A stretch of DNA of 64,000 nt, from NCBI GenBank assembly GCA_036389485.1, contig DASVPR010000037.1:22972-86971 (forward strand), written 5' to 3'. This DNA comes from Solirubrobacteraceae bacterium. Its GTDB lineage: Bacteria > Actinomycetota > Thermoleophilia > Solirubrobacterales > Solirubrobacteraceae. This document shows, piece after piece, positions 46,069-55,005 of this stretch (within the stretch, counting starts at the first letter, position 1; every line of letters begins with the position of its first letter). Position numbers and translations under genes: made by a program. The notes under the pieces were generated by a model that worked only from the letters and a program-made list of their open reading frames with translations, made no database searches and was not told the DNA's origin.

Positions 46069-46256
46069 AACAGCCTCCTTGCTTGGGGCGGACCGGGGGG
46101 CGAGGAAGCTCTCACGCCGCGGCGGGGCGCGCCATCCTCCGATCGGCCCGAGTTGGTTGTCCGATCGAGGTAGATCGATCGATCGTCGAACTTGGCGATC
46201 CGGCGATGTTCCCGATCGTTAGAGTTCGACTTTGCAGTCATCCGAAAGGAAGTGCG

Positions 46257-46856
46257 TTGGAAGTGCTGGGAGTAGTTCTGGCGGCGCCGGAGCCGCTGTT
46301 CCGTCTCGGGATGAGGCTCGCGTGCGAGCGTGGGGGCGTCGGGGTGCTGGCCGAGGCCGCCGACGCGGTGTCGCTGCGGACGTCGGTGGCGCAGCTCGCC
46401 GCCCCGGCGGTGATCGTCAGCGACGTCGAGACCCTCGAGCCCGACTCGGCGTCCACCGTGCAGTCGCTCTCGGCGATGCACCGGGTGCTGGTGCTCGACG
46501 CCGGGCCGGTCGACCATCCGCGCCTCCTGCGCGCGGGCGCGTCGGGGTTCCTGCGGCGCCGGGCGGAGCCGACGTCGCTCTGCCAAGCGGTCGCGAGGGC
46601 GCATCGCGGCGAGCTGGTCCTCGAGGGCGCGGGCTCGGAGCCGGCGGCGGCGGGCTCGGACCCGGTCCGCTTGACCACGCGCGAGGTCGAGGTGCTGCGC
46701 GCGATCGCCAGCGGGCGATCGAGCGACTGCGCCGCCCGCGAGCTGCACATGAGCACGACCACGCTGAAGACCCACCTGCGCAACGCCAGCGCGAAGCTCG
46801 GAAGCGCGAACCGCGCCGCGGCGGCGGCCCGGGCGACCCAGCTGGGGCTGCTGTGA
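46257..46856 (+). CDS. NarL/LuxR-family response-regulator-like protein with a degenerate receiver domain
   Basis: The C-terminal segment is a LuxR HTH (LTTREVEVLRAIASGRSSDCAARELHMSTTTLKTHLRNASAKLG). In the receiver-like N-domain the acidic DD pocket is replaced (VVLAAPEPLFR). I chose the TTG at 46257, which follows GAAAGGAAG; the GTG at 46263 and the ATG at 46206 are alternatives. Confidence 0.65.
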   Translation: MEVLGVVLAAPEPLFRLGMRLACERGGVGVLAEAADAVSLRTSVAQLAAPAVIVSDVETLEPDSASTVQSLSAMHRVLVLDAGPVDHPRLLRAGASGFLRRRAEPTSLCQAVARAHRGELVLEGAGSEPAAAGSDPVRLTTREVEVLRAIASGRSSDCAARELHMSTTTLKTHLRNASAKLGSANRAAAAARATQLGLL

Positions 46857-46859
46857 CCG

Positions 46860-47294
46860 TCAGCGCGCCGCGACGTCCGCGACGGTGCCGCCCGTCATGG
46901 CGACGAGCTCGTCCGGCGTGAGCGAGAAGACGTCGCGCGGCGTGCCGGCCGCGGCCCAGAGCTCGCCGAGCTTCAGGAGGTCCTCGTCGACCACCGTCTG
47001 CACGCGCGTCGCGTGCCCGGCCGGCGGGACGCCGCCGATCGCATAGCCGGTCCGCGCGCGGACGAAGCCGGCGTCCGCCTTGCCGACGGGCTCCCCGACC
47101 AGCCGCTCGAGCTTCTTCTCGTCGACGCGGTTGACGCCCGACGCGACCACCAGCAGCGGCTCCCCGCTCGCGCGGCGGAAGACGAGCGACTTGACGATCT
47201 GCGCCACCTCGACGCCGATCGCGTTCGCGGCGTCGACCGCGGTCCGGGTCCCCGCGGGGAACGTACGGACCGGATGACCGAGGAACTCCTCCAC
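46860..47294 (-). CDS. YbaK/ProX-type aminoacyl-tRNA trans-editing deacylase domain protein
   Basis: Diagnostic sequence: TAVDAANAIGVEVAQIVKSLVF...LLVVASGVNRVDEKKL...GYAIGGVPPAGH. I chose the start at GTG 47294 because GC3 drops upstream of it. The ORF is open up to a TTG at 47372. Confidence 0.7.
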   Translation of the reverse strand: MEEFLGHPVRTFPAGTRTAVDAANAIGVEVAQIVKSLVFRRASGEPLLVVASGVNRVDEKKLERLVGEPVGKADAGFVRARTGYAIGGVPPAGHATRVQTVVDEDLLKLGELWAAAGTPRDVFSLTPDELVAMTGGTVADVAAR

Positions 47295-47455
47295 GGGCCT
47301 ACGGATAGCACTCGGCAGACGTTGGCCGAGAAGGCTTGGCCGGTTCGAGGCGCGGATGGGCCGGCACGACAAGCGCCACCCCGGGCTCGGCGGCGACGAC
47401 GGCGTCTCTGGCTGATCGAGAAGCCGCCCGACGTCTGAGCAGTCACACTGGTCGG

Positions 47456-48319
47456 GTGCCCGCCCGCGACACCGGCTTCCCGGCCCGCGACGCCACCGAC
47501 GACTTCCTGCGCGCCCGCCGGCGGCAGTCGCTGCGCCGGCTCGCCCAGCGCGTCGCGCGGACGCCGGGCGACGTCGACGTGATCCTCCCCTTCGACGAGG
47601 TGGTCGCGGAGCTGGGCCGCGTCGGCGAGCGCGAGCTCGGGCTGCAGACGGTGGCGCTCGACTCGGTCGTCGGGACCGTCGACAAGCCGCGCGGCTTCGA
47701 CCGCGCCTTCCGGCCGACGACCTCGCACGTCCGCGGGCGGTGGGAGCGGATCGCGCAGGCGATGCGCCGCGGCGAGCCGATCCCTCCGGTCTCCCTGTAC
47801 CGCGTCGGCGACGTCCACTTCGTGCGCGACGGCCACCACCGCGTGTCGGTCGCGCGCGCGCTCGGGCTGCGCGAGATCGACGCGTACGTGACGGAGATCA
47901 GGACGCGGGTGGGCGCCGAGCGGACCCTGACGGTCGCCGACCTGCCGGTGAAGGGCCACGAGCGGCTGTTCCGCGAGCGCGTCCCGCTGCCGCGCGAGGC
48001 CGCGGAGCGGGTCACCCTGACCGACCCGTGGAAGTACGGCGACGTCGCCGAGGGCGTCGAGGCCTGGGGCTTCCGAGCGTCGCAGGAGCGCGGCGAGCTG
48101 CTCGACCGCGCGACGGCCGCCCGCGCCTGGTACGAGGAGGAGTTCCTGCCCGTGGTCGCGATGCTCCGCGACGCGGGCCTCATCGGCGAGGACGAGACCG
48201 AGGCCGACGCCTACGAGCGCCTGGGCGGCGAGCGCTACCGGCTGATGCGCACGATGGAGTGGAGCGAGGACATCGTGAAGCGCCTCGCCGAGGCGCACTC
48301 CCGCCGCGGGCGGCCCTAG
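47456..48319 (+). CDS. ParB/sulfiredoxin-fold N-terminal domain protein with a helical C-terminal region
   Basis: It has a ParB-like nuclease/NTP-binding motif (HFVRDGHHRVSVARALG). I chose the start at GTG 47456; the ORF is open from 47336. Confidence 0.6.
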   Translation: MPARDTGFPARDATDDFLRARRRQSLRRLAQRVARTPGDVDVILPFDEVVAELGRVGERELGLQTVALDSVVGTVDKPRGFDRAFRPTTSHVRGRWERIAQAMRRGEPIPPVSLYRVGDVHFVRDGHHRVSVARALGLREIDAYVTEIRTRVGAERTLTVADLPVKGHERLFRERVPLPREAAERVTLTDPWKYGDVAEGVEAWGFRASQERGELLDRATAARAWYEEEFLPVVAMLRDAGLIGEDETEADAYERLGGERYRLMRTMEWSEDIVKRLAEAHSRRGRP

Positions 48320-48942
48320 CCGTCCTCGACGAGGGCGCGCACGCCCGACCACGTCGCCTCGCAGTACCACGCCACGAGCTGCTCGCGCGAGATCCCCGGC
48401 GTGCGCAGCCACCACTGCGCGAGCTGGTGGCCCGCGCCGCCGATCGCGTGGCAGAAGGCGAGGATGCGCTGCGGGTCGGCGTCGGCCGCGGCCGTTCCGG
48501 CGAGCAGGGCGGTGAACCCGCGCTCGGTGGCGAGGTGCATCTGCGTCGCTTCCTCGGCGACCGCCGGCGGCACGCCGCTGTCCGAGCCGTGGAGCACGCG
48601 CCAGCGCAGCGGCTCGCTCTCGACGAAGCGGAAGTACGCGTCGGCGCCGGCCTCGAGCTTGCCGCGCAGCCCCTCGGCGCCGGCCCACGCCTCCGCCATC
48701 ATCGCCTCCATCTGCCCGCGGGCGCGGCGCAGGCACGCGAGGTAGACGCCCTCCTTCGACCCGAAGTGCCGGTACACGAGGGGCTTGGTGACGCCCGCGT
48801 CGGCGGCGATCGTCTCGATCGACGTCCCGCCGTAGCCGGCCTCGGCGAAGAGCCGCTCGGCGACGTCGAGGAGCTGCTCGGCGCGGACCGGCGCGGGGAC
48901 GCGTCCGTGGGCGAAGCCTGCGATGGATTGGAGCTGCGACAT
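48316..48942 (-). CDS. TetR/AcrR family transcriptional regulator
   Basis: It has an HTH (YGGTSIETIAADAGVTKPLVYRHFGSKEGVY). Confidence 0.8.
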   Translation of the reverse strand: MSQLQSIAGFAHGRVPAPVRAEQLLDVAERLFAEAGYGGTSIETIAADAGVTKPLVYRHFGSKEGVYLACLRRARGQMEAMMAEAWAGAEGLRGKLEAGADAYFRFVESEPLRWRVLHGSDSGVPPAVAEEATQMHLATERGFTALLAGTAAADADPQRILAFCHAIGGAGHQLAQWWLRTPGISREQLVAWYCEATWSGVRALVEDG

Positions 48943-48951
48943 GGTGGTGAC

Positions 48952-48969
48952 GGTTACGTTACCGTAACC
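48952..48969. promoter_or_regulatory. candidate TetR operator: GGTTACG-TTAC-CGTAACC inverted repeat
   Basis: A perfect 7-4-7 inverted repeat lies in the 30-bp spacer between tetR (48942) and the divergent hydrolase ATG (48973). Confidence 0.5.
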
Positions 48970-48972
48970 CTC

Positions 48973-50047
48973 ATGTCACGTTCGCTCGCCGTCGCCGCCC
49001 TCCTCCTCCTGGCGCTGCCGGCGAGCGCCGCCGCCCGCGCACCGGAGGACTTCGGCCCGCTCCAGGTCCGCACGACGCGGGTGGGCATCCCGATGCCGCC
49101 GGACCCGCGCGGCCCCGAGGGCGTCCTTCCGAAGGTCGACGCCGACCTCTACGTCCCTGTGGCGCGCGGCCCGTTCCCGCTCGTCCACCTCTCCCAAGCG
49201 TGGCCGGGGACGCTGCGCGAGTTCCCGATGTCCGGCTGGGCGCGGCGGCTGGCGTCGCGCGGGTTCGTCGTGATCGTCCAGGACCGGCGGGCGGGTTCGT
49301 CGCTGGCGGTGACGCCCGAGCTCGACCAGCCGGTCGACGTCGTCGACCTCAACTCCGGCGTCAACAGCGAGGACATCCTGCGCGTGGTCCTGCTGGGCGA
49401 TCGAGCAGAGCCGCGTCGGCGGGTCGCCGCTGTACGGCGCGGTCGACGCGCGCCGCATCGCGCTCGGCGGGCACTCGCTCGGCAGCTACCTCGCGACGTT
49501 CGCCGCGGTGCGGGCGCAGACCGACGGGCCGGACCTCGACGCGCTGCTGCTGCTCGACCCGTCCGACGAGCGGCTCGGACCCCTCACCTACGACTCGTCG
49601 CTCGTGCAGACGCCGAAGCTCCGGCTCCCCACGATCGTGCTCGCCAGCGAGGAGAACACGCACCCGATCCAGTGCAACATGGACGACGGACCGGACTGCA
49701 CGCTCGTCGCGCCGCAGCAGTACGCGGCGCTGAGCCCCGCGACGCCGAAGCTCGGGCTGAAGGTGATCGGCTCCGTCCACGAGGACGTCGAGGACCCGAG
49801 CACGATCGGGACGCCCGAGAGCATCGCCCACCTGCGCACCTACCAGCGCTACGGGATGGCGTGGCTCGAGCTCTGGCTCGCCGGCGACTGCCGCGCGCGG
49901 CCGTACCTCGGCGGCGCGCCGCTGCTCGCCGACGACCGCATCGAGGTCTACCCCGGGGCGACCGCGCCGCCCGCGTGCCGCGAACGGCGGGCGCGGGCGC
50001 GACGCCACCGCGCGGCGCGACGCGCTCCGTCGTACCGCGGCCGGTAG
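48973..50047 (+). pseudogene. exported alpha/beta hydrolase (dienelactone-hydrolase/chlorophyllase-like) interrupted by a +1 frameshift near 49390-49394
   Basis: Frame 1 (ATG at 48973) encodes a signal peptide and continues to ...NSGVNSEDILRVVL, after which it turns into Arg-rich off-frame sequence. Frame 2 continues WAIEQSRVGGSPLYGAVDARRIALGGHSLGSY...LLLDPSD...GSVHEDV, which contains a Ser/Asp/His triad. Removing one base (for example C49393) joins the two frames. Confidence 0.7.
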
Positions 50048-50084
50048 GTCGTCGGAGTCGGCGCCGGTGCGCTCCGGCAACCGT

Positions 50085-50615
50085 TCAGTCGGTTTGTTCG
50101 CCGATCCGTGGAAGCGGCGCCGCAGGTGGGCCGAAGCGGCGGGCGCCTCGCGGCAGGGGGCCGCCGGTGCGCAGCGCCTCGCTCGCGACGTCGACGAGCT
50201 CGGTGCTCGACGCCCACCCGCGCACCCGCCACACGTAGCCCCACGGCCGGTTGCGCGGACGGGCGCGGACGGTCCAGACCCGCCGCCGCAGCACGAGCGC
50301 GACGGCTGCGACCAGCAGCAGGACGACCGCGGCGAGACCTGGAGGGCCCGCGACGAACCACACGATGAGGAAGGGCAGGCCCACGACGAGCGCGACGATG
50401 GGCGCGATCGGGACGAGGAGCCACAGCGCCCCCGGACGAGCACCGGGGAGGTCGGTCGACGAGGCGCTGGAGAAGAGCATGAGGTCGACCTCCGTCGGGA
50501 CGTCCTCCCATCGATCGCCGGCGTGGCCGTCGGATGAGCGGCGCGGAGAGCGCTCCATCCACTCGCGCCCGACGCGCCACGGCAGCCCGTCGGGGTCGAC
50601 CACGCGGCGCGCCAC
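50085..50615 (-). CDS. membrane protein, unknown function
   Basis: It has two central TM helices (LWLLVPIAPIVALVVGLPFLIVWFVAGPPGLAAVVLLLVAAVALVL). It starts 12 nt downstream of the ABC ATPase gene. Confidence 0.55.
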   Translation of the reverse strand: MARRVVDPDGLPWRVGREWMERSPRRSSDGHAGDRWEDVPTEVDLMLFSSASSTDLPGARPGALWLLVPIAPIVALVVGLPFLIVWFVAGPPGLAAVVLLLVAAVALVLRRRVWTVRARPRNRPWGYVWRVRGWASSTELVDVASEALRTGGPLPRGARRFGPPAAPLPRIGEQTD

Positions 50616-50627
50616 GCCGGCGCGCTC

Positions 50628-51944
50628 CTAGCGCGGTGGCTCGTCCCGCAGCGACGGGTCCGCGGCGCCCGGGTCGCCGGTGCCGGCCGCCGGGCCCGTG
50701 CCGGGGTTCTCGCCCGGCCGGTCGCCGGTCGCCGGCTGCGAGGGCGCGCCCGCGCCGACCGCCGGCGGCGCGCCGTTGCCCGCCGTGTCCCGGTGGCAGA
50801 GGTTCCGGCCGTCCCGCGGGTCGAACAGGTGCAGCTTGTCCGCGTTCATCCACAGGCGAAGGGACTGGCCGTCCGTCGCCTTCGTCTGCGGGTCCAGCCG
50901 CGCGACGGCCTGGTTCTCGCCCGAGGACGGCAGGTCGGTGAGCCCGGCGTCCGCCGCCAGCTCCTGCAGCTCGTCGGCCTGCGCCGCCCCGCCCTCGTAG
51001 GTGAAGTACGCGTACGTCTCGGAGCCCATGCTCTCCGTCAACACGATCGGGGCGTCGAACTCGAGCGAGTTCGCGTGCCCCTCGGGCGCGAACGCCGCGT
51101 CCTCGAAGTCCTCCGGCCGGACGCCCGCGATCACCTCGCCGGAGGCGTCGACCCCCGACGGCGCGCGGACCTCGCCGAACGGCAGCCGCACGCGCCCGTT
51201 CTCGACCGTCGCGGGGAAGAAGTTCATCGCCGGCGACCCGATGAAGCCCGCGACGAACAGGTTCACCGGGTTGTCGTAGAGGCTCTGCGGCGTGTCGACC
51301 TGCTGCAGGACGCCCGCGCGCATGACCGCGACGCGGTCGCCGAGCGTCATCGCCTCGGTCTGGTCGTGGGTGACGTACACCATCGTCGTGCCGAGCCGCT
51401 GCTGGATCCGCGAGACCTCGGTCCGCATCTGCACCCGCAGCTTCGCGTCGAGGTTCGACAGCGGCTCGTCCATGAGGAAGGCCTTCGGGTCGCGCACGAT
51501 GGCCCGCCCCATCGCGACCCGCTGCCGCTGGCCGCCGGACATGTTCGCCGGCTTGCGGTCGAGGAGCCGCTCGAGGTCGAGGATGCGCGCCGCCTCGTTG
51601 ACCTTCTCTTCGATTTCAGACTCGTCAGCTTTTGCGAGCTTCAGCGGGAACGCCATGTTCTCCCGCACGGTCATGTGCGGGTACAGCGCGTAGGACTGGA
51701 AGACCATCGCGATGTCGCGGTCCTTCGGCGCGCGCTCGTTGACGACCTCGCCGCCGATCGACAGCTCGCCCTCGCTGATGTCGTCGAGCCCCGCGATCAT
51801 GCGCAGCGCGGTCGACTTCCCGCAGCCCGAGGGGCCGACGAGGATCATGAACTCGCCGTCGCCGATGTCGAGGTCCATCTGCTTGACGGCCTCGGTGCCG
51901 TCGGGATACCGCTTGGTGACGCCTCGGAGCTTGATCTCGGCCAC
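50628..51944 (-). CDS. sugar ABC transporter ATP-binding protein (MalK/MsiK/SugC/UgpC type) with a low-complexity C-terminal extension
   Basis: GTG at 51944 follows a GAGAGG Shine-Dalgarno. It has a Walker A (GPSGCGKST), the signature MSGGQRQRVAMGRAI and a Walker B (FLMDEP). Confidence 0.85.
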   Translation of the reverse strand: MAEIKLRGVTKRYPDGTEAVKQMDLDIGDGEFMILVGPSGCGKSTALRMIAGLDDISEGELSIGGEVVNERAPKDRDIAMVFQSYALYPHMTVRENMAFPLKLAKADESEIEEKVNEAARILDLERLLDRKPANMSGGQRQRVAMGRAIVRDPKAFLMDEPLSNLDAKLRVQMRTEVSRIQQRLGTTMVYVTHDQTEAMTLGDRVAVMRAGVLQQVDTPQSLYDNPVNLFVAGFIGSPAMNFFPATVENGRVRLPFGEVRAPSGVDASGEVIAGVRPEDFEDAAFAPEGHANSLEFDAPIVLTESMGSETYAYFTYEGGAAQADELQELAADAGLTDLPSSGENQAVARLDPQTKATDGQSLRLWMNADKLHLFDPRDGRNLCHRDTAGNGAPPAVGAGAPSQPATGDRPGENPGTGPAAGTGDPGAADPSLRDEPPR

Positions 51945-51961
51945 TTGAAGAACCTCTCTGG

Positions 51962-52801
51962 CTAGCCCTTGACCGCGCCCGCCGTGAGCCCGGCCACGAT
52001 GCGGCGCTGGAACAACAGGACGAAGATGATGATCGGGATGGTCACGAGGATGGCGGCGGCGGCGATGTTGCCCGTCGGCGCCGTGAACTGCGATTCCCCG
52101 GTGAAGAACGCGAGCGCCGCCGGCACCGTGCGCGAGTCGTTCGACGACGTCAGCGTGATCGCGAAGAGGAAGTCGTTCCAGCAGAAGATGAAGACGAGGA
52201 TCGCCGCGGTGAACATCCCCGGCGCGGCGAGCGGCGCGATGACCTTGCGGAACGCCTGGAGCGGCGTCGCGCCGTCGACCGCCGCGGCCTGCTCGAGCTC
52301 CCACGGGATCTCGCGGAAGAACGCGACGAGCGTGTAGATCGCCAGCGGCAGCGCGAACGTCAGGTACGGGATGATCAGGCCGATGTAGGTGTCGTAGATC
52401 CCGAGCGCGCGCCACATGTCGAACAGCGGGCCGACCGTGGAGATCGGCGGGAACATCGCGATCGCGAGCGATCCGCCGAGCACGAGCGACTTCCCGGGGA
52501 ACGAGAGGCGCGCGATCGCGTAGGCGGTGAACGACGCCAGGAAGATCGCGATCGTCGTCGCGATGAGCGCGATGATGATCGAGTTGATCAGCGGCTGCAG
52601 CAGCGGGCTGTCGAGGCCGCCCTTGAACAGCGCCTCGTAGTTGTCGAGCGTCCACTCCTTCGGGATCAGCCGCTTGTCGCCGACGGTGGCGGGCGTCTTG
52701 AGCGAGATCATCAACAGCCAGAAGACCGGGAACAGCGCCGCGATGATGATCGCGACGATCCCGACCGACCAGATCGTGTACTCGCGCGTCCCCCGCCTCA
52801 T
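51962..52801 (-). CDS. carbohydrate ABC transporter permease
   Basis: It has an EAA loop ([27 protein letters not shown]) and six TM helices. Confidence 0.85.
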   Translation of the reverse strand: MRRGTREYTIWSVGIVAIIIAALFPVFWLLMISLKTPATVGDKRLIPKEWTLDNYEALFKGGLDSPLLQPLINSIIIALIATTIAIFLASFTAYAIARLSFPGKSLVLGGSLAIAMFPPISTVGPLFDMWRALGIYDTYIGLIIPYLTFALPLAIYTLVAFFREIPWELEQAAAVDGATPLQAFRKVIAPLAAPGMFTAAILVFIFCWNDFLFAITLTSSNDSRTVPAALAFFTGESQFTAPTGNIAAAAILVTIPIIIFVLLFQRRIVAGLTAGAVKG

Positions 52802-53742
52802 CGGTCGTCCCCCTGGCCGGGCACCGCTGCGCCGAAGCCCTTGACGAACAGGAACGCGATCGCCAGGACCATCAGGAAGATCAGGACGGACACGGCGGAG
52901 CCCAGGCCGAGGTTGAGCCGCCCGATCAGCTGGTCGTAGCCGAGGATCGACACCGACTGCGTGTCCTGCGCCCCGCGCGTCATGACGAAGATCGAGTCGA
53001 AGACGCGGAACGCGTCGAGCGTGCGGAACAGCAGCGCGACCGCGATCGCCGGCTTCATCAGCGGCAGCGTGATCCGCGTGAAGCGCTGCCACGCGTTCGC
53101 GCCGTCCACGCGCGCCGCCTCGTAGAGGCCCTCGTCGATCGTCGTCAGCCCGGCGAGCAGGAGCAGCGCCATGAACGGCGTCGTCTTCCAGACCTCGGCG
53201 ACGATGATCACGAACAGCGCGCTGCCCCGCTCTCCGAACCAGGCCTTGTCGTCCGGCGAGAGGAAGGTGTCGTTGACGAAGCCGGTGGCCGGGTCGAACG
53301 CGTACAGCCACGCGAACGCCGCGACGACGGTCACGATCCCGTAGGGGATGAGCACCGCGGTGCGGACCGCGCCCCGCCCGAAGATCGCGCGGTGCATCAC
53401 CAGCGCGAGCAGCATGCCGAGGATCAGCTCGACGACCACCGACACGACGGTGATGAAGGCGGTGTTGCCGACGACCTTCCACCAAAGGTCCGACGACAGG
53501 ACGGTGACGTAGTTGTCGAGCCCGGCGAACCCGCCCTCGTCCGGGAAGCGCAGGTCCTTCTTCTGTAGCGAGAGGACGACCGCGTAGACGATCGGGTACG
53601 CGGTCACGAGCAGCATCACGATCACGGCGGGCGCGCACAGCATCCACGCGAGCTTGCGCTCGGCGCGCGCGCGTTCCGTGACGCCCACCTTCCGGGGCTT
53701 CTCGGCGGCGGCGCCGACCTGGGGCGGTGCGGCGGTGCTCAC
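52798..53742 (-). CDS. carbohydrate ABC transporter permease
   Basis: It has an EAA loop ([25 protein letters not shown]). GTG at 53742 overlaps the substrate-binding protein gene TGA (GTGA). Confidence 0.85.
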   Translation of the reverse strand: MSTAAPPQVGAAAEKPRKVGVTERARAERKLAWMLCAPAVIVMLLVTAYPIVYAVVLSLQKKDLRFPDEGGFAGLDNYVTVLSSDLWWKVVGNTAFITVVSVVVELILGMLLALVMHRAIFGRGAVRTAVLIPYGIVTVVAAFAWLYAFDPATGFVNDTFLSPDDKAWFGERGSALFVIIVAEVWKTTPFMALLLLAGLTTIDEGLYEAARVDGANAWQRFTRITLPLMKPAIAVALLFRTLDAFRVFDSIFVMTRGAQDTQSVSILGYDQLIGRLNLGLGSAVSVLIFLMVLAIAFLFVKGFGAAVPGQGDDR

Positions 53743-54986
53743 AGCAGCCCCTCCCGCTTGACCGCCTGCTCGACGAACTCCTTGAGCTTGTCGTAGCTCT
53801 CCTGCGGATCCTTGATCTCGGTGACCGGGTGGACCCCGCGCTGGATGCCGAGGGACAGGTCGGTGTAGGCCGGGGACTCCGACGGGCGAGGACCGGCCTG
53901 CTCGATCGAGTCCCGCAGCGGGTCGACGAAGCCGGAGTACAGCTTCTGGATCCGCGGGTCGTCGTACAGGTCGCTGCGGACCGGCGGCAGGCCGCCCTTC
54001 TCGGCGATCGTGATCTGGTTCTCCGCCTTGATCATGCAGCGGATCGCCTCGTACGCCAGGTCCTTCTTCTTCGAGAACGACGAGACGCCGATGTTGATCC
54101 CGCCGAGCGGCGGCTTGGACTCCTTGTCGGCGTCGACGCGCGGGTACACCGCGGCGCCCATCTCCTTGTAGATCTTCGGGGCGTTCTCCTTCGCCGACGC
54201 GTAGACGAAGGGGTAGTTGACCATGAAGATCGAGTCGCCGGACTCGAAGCCCAGGCGTGCCGAGTCCTCGTTCGAGGTGTCGATCGCGGGCGGGGCGGCC
54301 TTCGAGTTCGCGAGCTTGCCCATGACCTCCAGCGCGCGCTTGGTCGGGCCCTCCTCGAGCGAGACCTCGGTCGGGCCGTTCACGATCTTCGCGCCCGCGG
54401 AGAGGATCATCGCGTTGACCCACACGACGAGGCCCTCGTAGCGGTTGGCCTGGACGTGGATCTTCATGTTCTCGCGCTCGGCGACCTCGATCATCTGGTC
54501 CCAGGTCTGCGGCGGCTTGTCGCCGACCTTGTCCTTGCGGTACCAGAGCAGCTGCGTGTTCGACCAGATCGGGACGGCGTACAGCCGGTCCTCGAACTTC
54601 GCGGTGTCGAGCACGCTCTGGAAGACCTGCGACGAGGCGGGCCCGACCATGTCGTCGGGGACCGGGTCGAGCCAGCCGGCGTTCGCGAACTCGCCGGTCC
54701 AGATGACGTCGAGGCCCATGAGGTCGATCGACTCGTCCTCGGCACCGAGCCGGCGGACGAGCTGCTCGCGCTGCGCGTCGGCTTGGGACGGCAGGAACGT
54801 GAACTCGATCTCGTACTTGCCGCCCGACTCCTGCGAGCACTTCTTGGCGACCTCCTGCGGCCCGCCGCCCGGCTCGTTGAAGATGAAGAAGTTGAGCGTG
54901 TTCGAGCCGCCGCCACTGTCGCCCCCGCAGGCCGCCAGCCCCAGCGAGAGGCAGAGGACGGCCGCGACACAGACCCTGGACAGCAC
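53739..54986 (-). CDS. sugar ABC transporter substrate-binding lipoprotein
   Basis: It has a lipobox ([10 protein letters not shown]). It has family-1 extracellular solute-binding protein features. Gene order is SBP-permease-permease-ATPase, as in LpqY-SugABC-type loci. Confidence 0.8.
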   Translation of the reverse strand: MLSRVCVAAVLCLSLGLAACGGDSGGGSNTLNFFIFNEPGGGPQEVAKKCSQESGGKYEIEFTFLPSQADAQREQLVRRLGAEDESIDLMGLDVIWTGEFANAGWLDPVPDDMVGPASSQVFQSVLDTAKFEDRLYAVPIWSNTQLLWYRKDKVGDKPPQTWDQMIEVAERENMKIHVQANRYEGLVVWVNAMILSAGAKIVNGPTEVSLEEGPTKRALEVMGKLANSKAAPPAIDTSNEDSARLGFESGDSIFMVNYPFVYASAKENAPKIYKEMGAAVYPRVDADKESKPPLGGINIGVSSFSKKKDLAYEAIRCMIKAENQITIAEKGGLPPVRSDLYDDPRIQKLYSGFVDPLRDSIEQAGPRPSESPAYTDLSLGIQRGVHPVTEIKDPQESYDKLKEFVEQAVKREGLL

Positions 54987-55005
54987 GGCGTTCGGTGCTG
55001 TACCC

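Noticed and set aside
41404-46173. A 1589-aa plus-strand ORF.
   Set aside because: It is the antisense shadow of the Rhs gene. Its composition is Arg/Val/Ala/Gly-rich without motifs, whereas the minus-strand frame carries a signal peptide, YD repeats and the DPxG boundary.
45672-46256. The long N-terminal extension of the LuxR-type ORF (394 aa from 45672).
   Set aside because: The extension overlaps the Rhs 5' end and the promoter region, and is Arg/Ala-rich nonsense. Genuine receiver-like sequence begins only around 46257-46263, just after a GAAAGGAAG ribosome-binding site.
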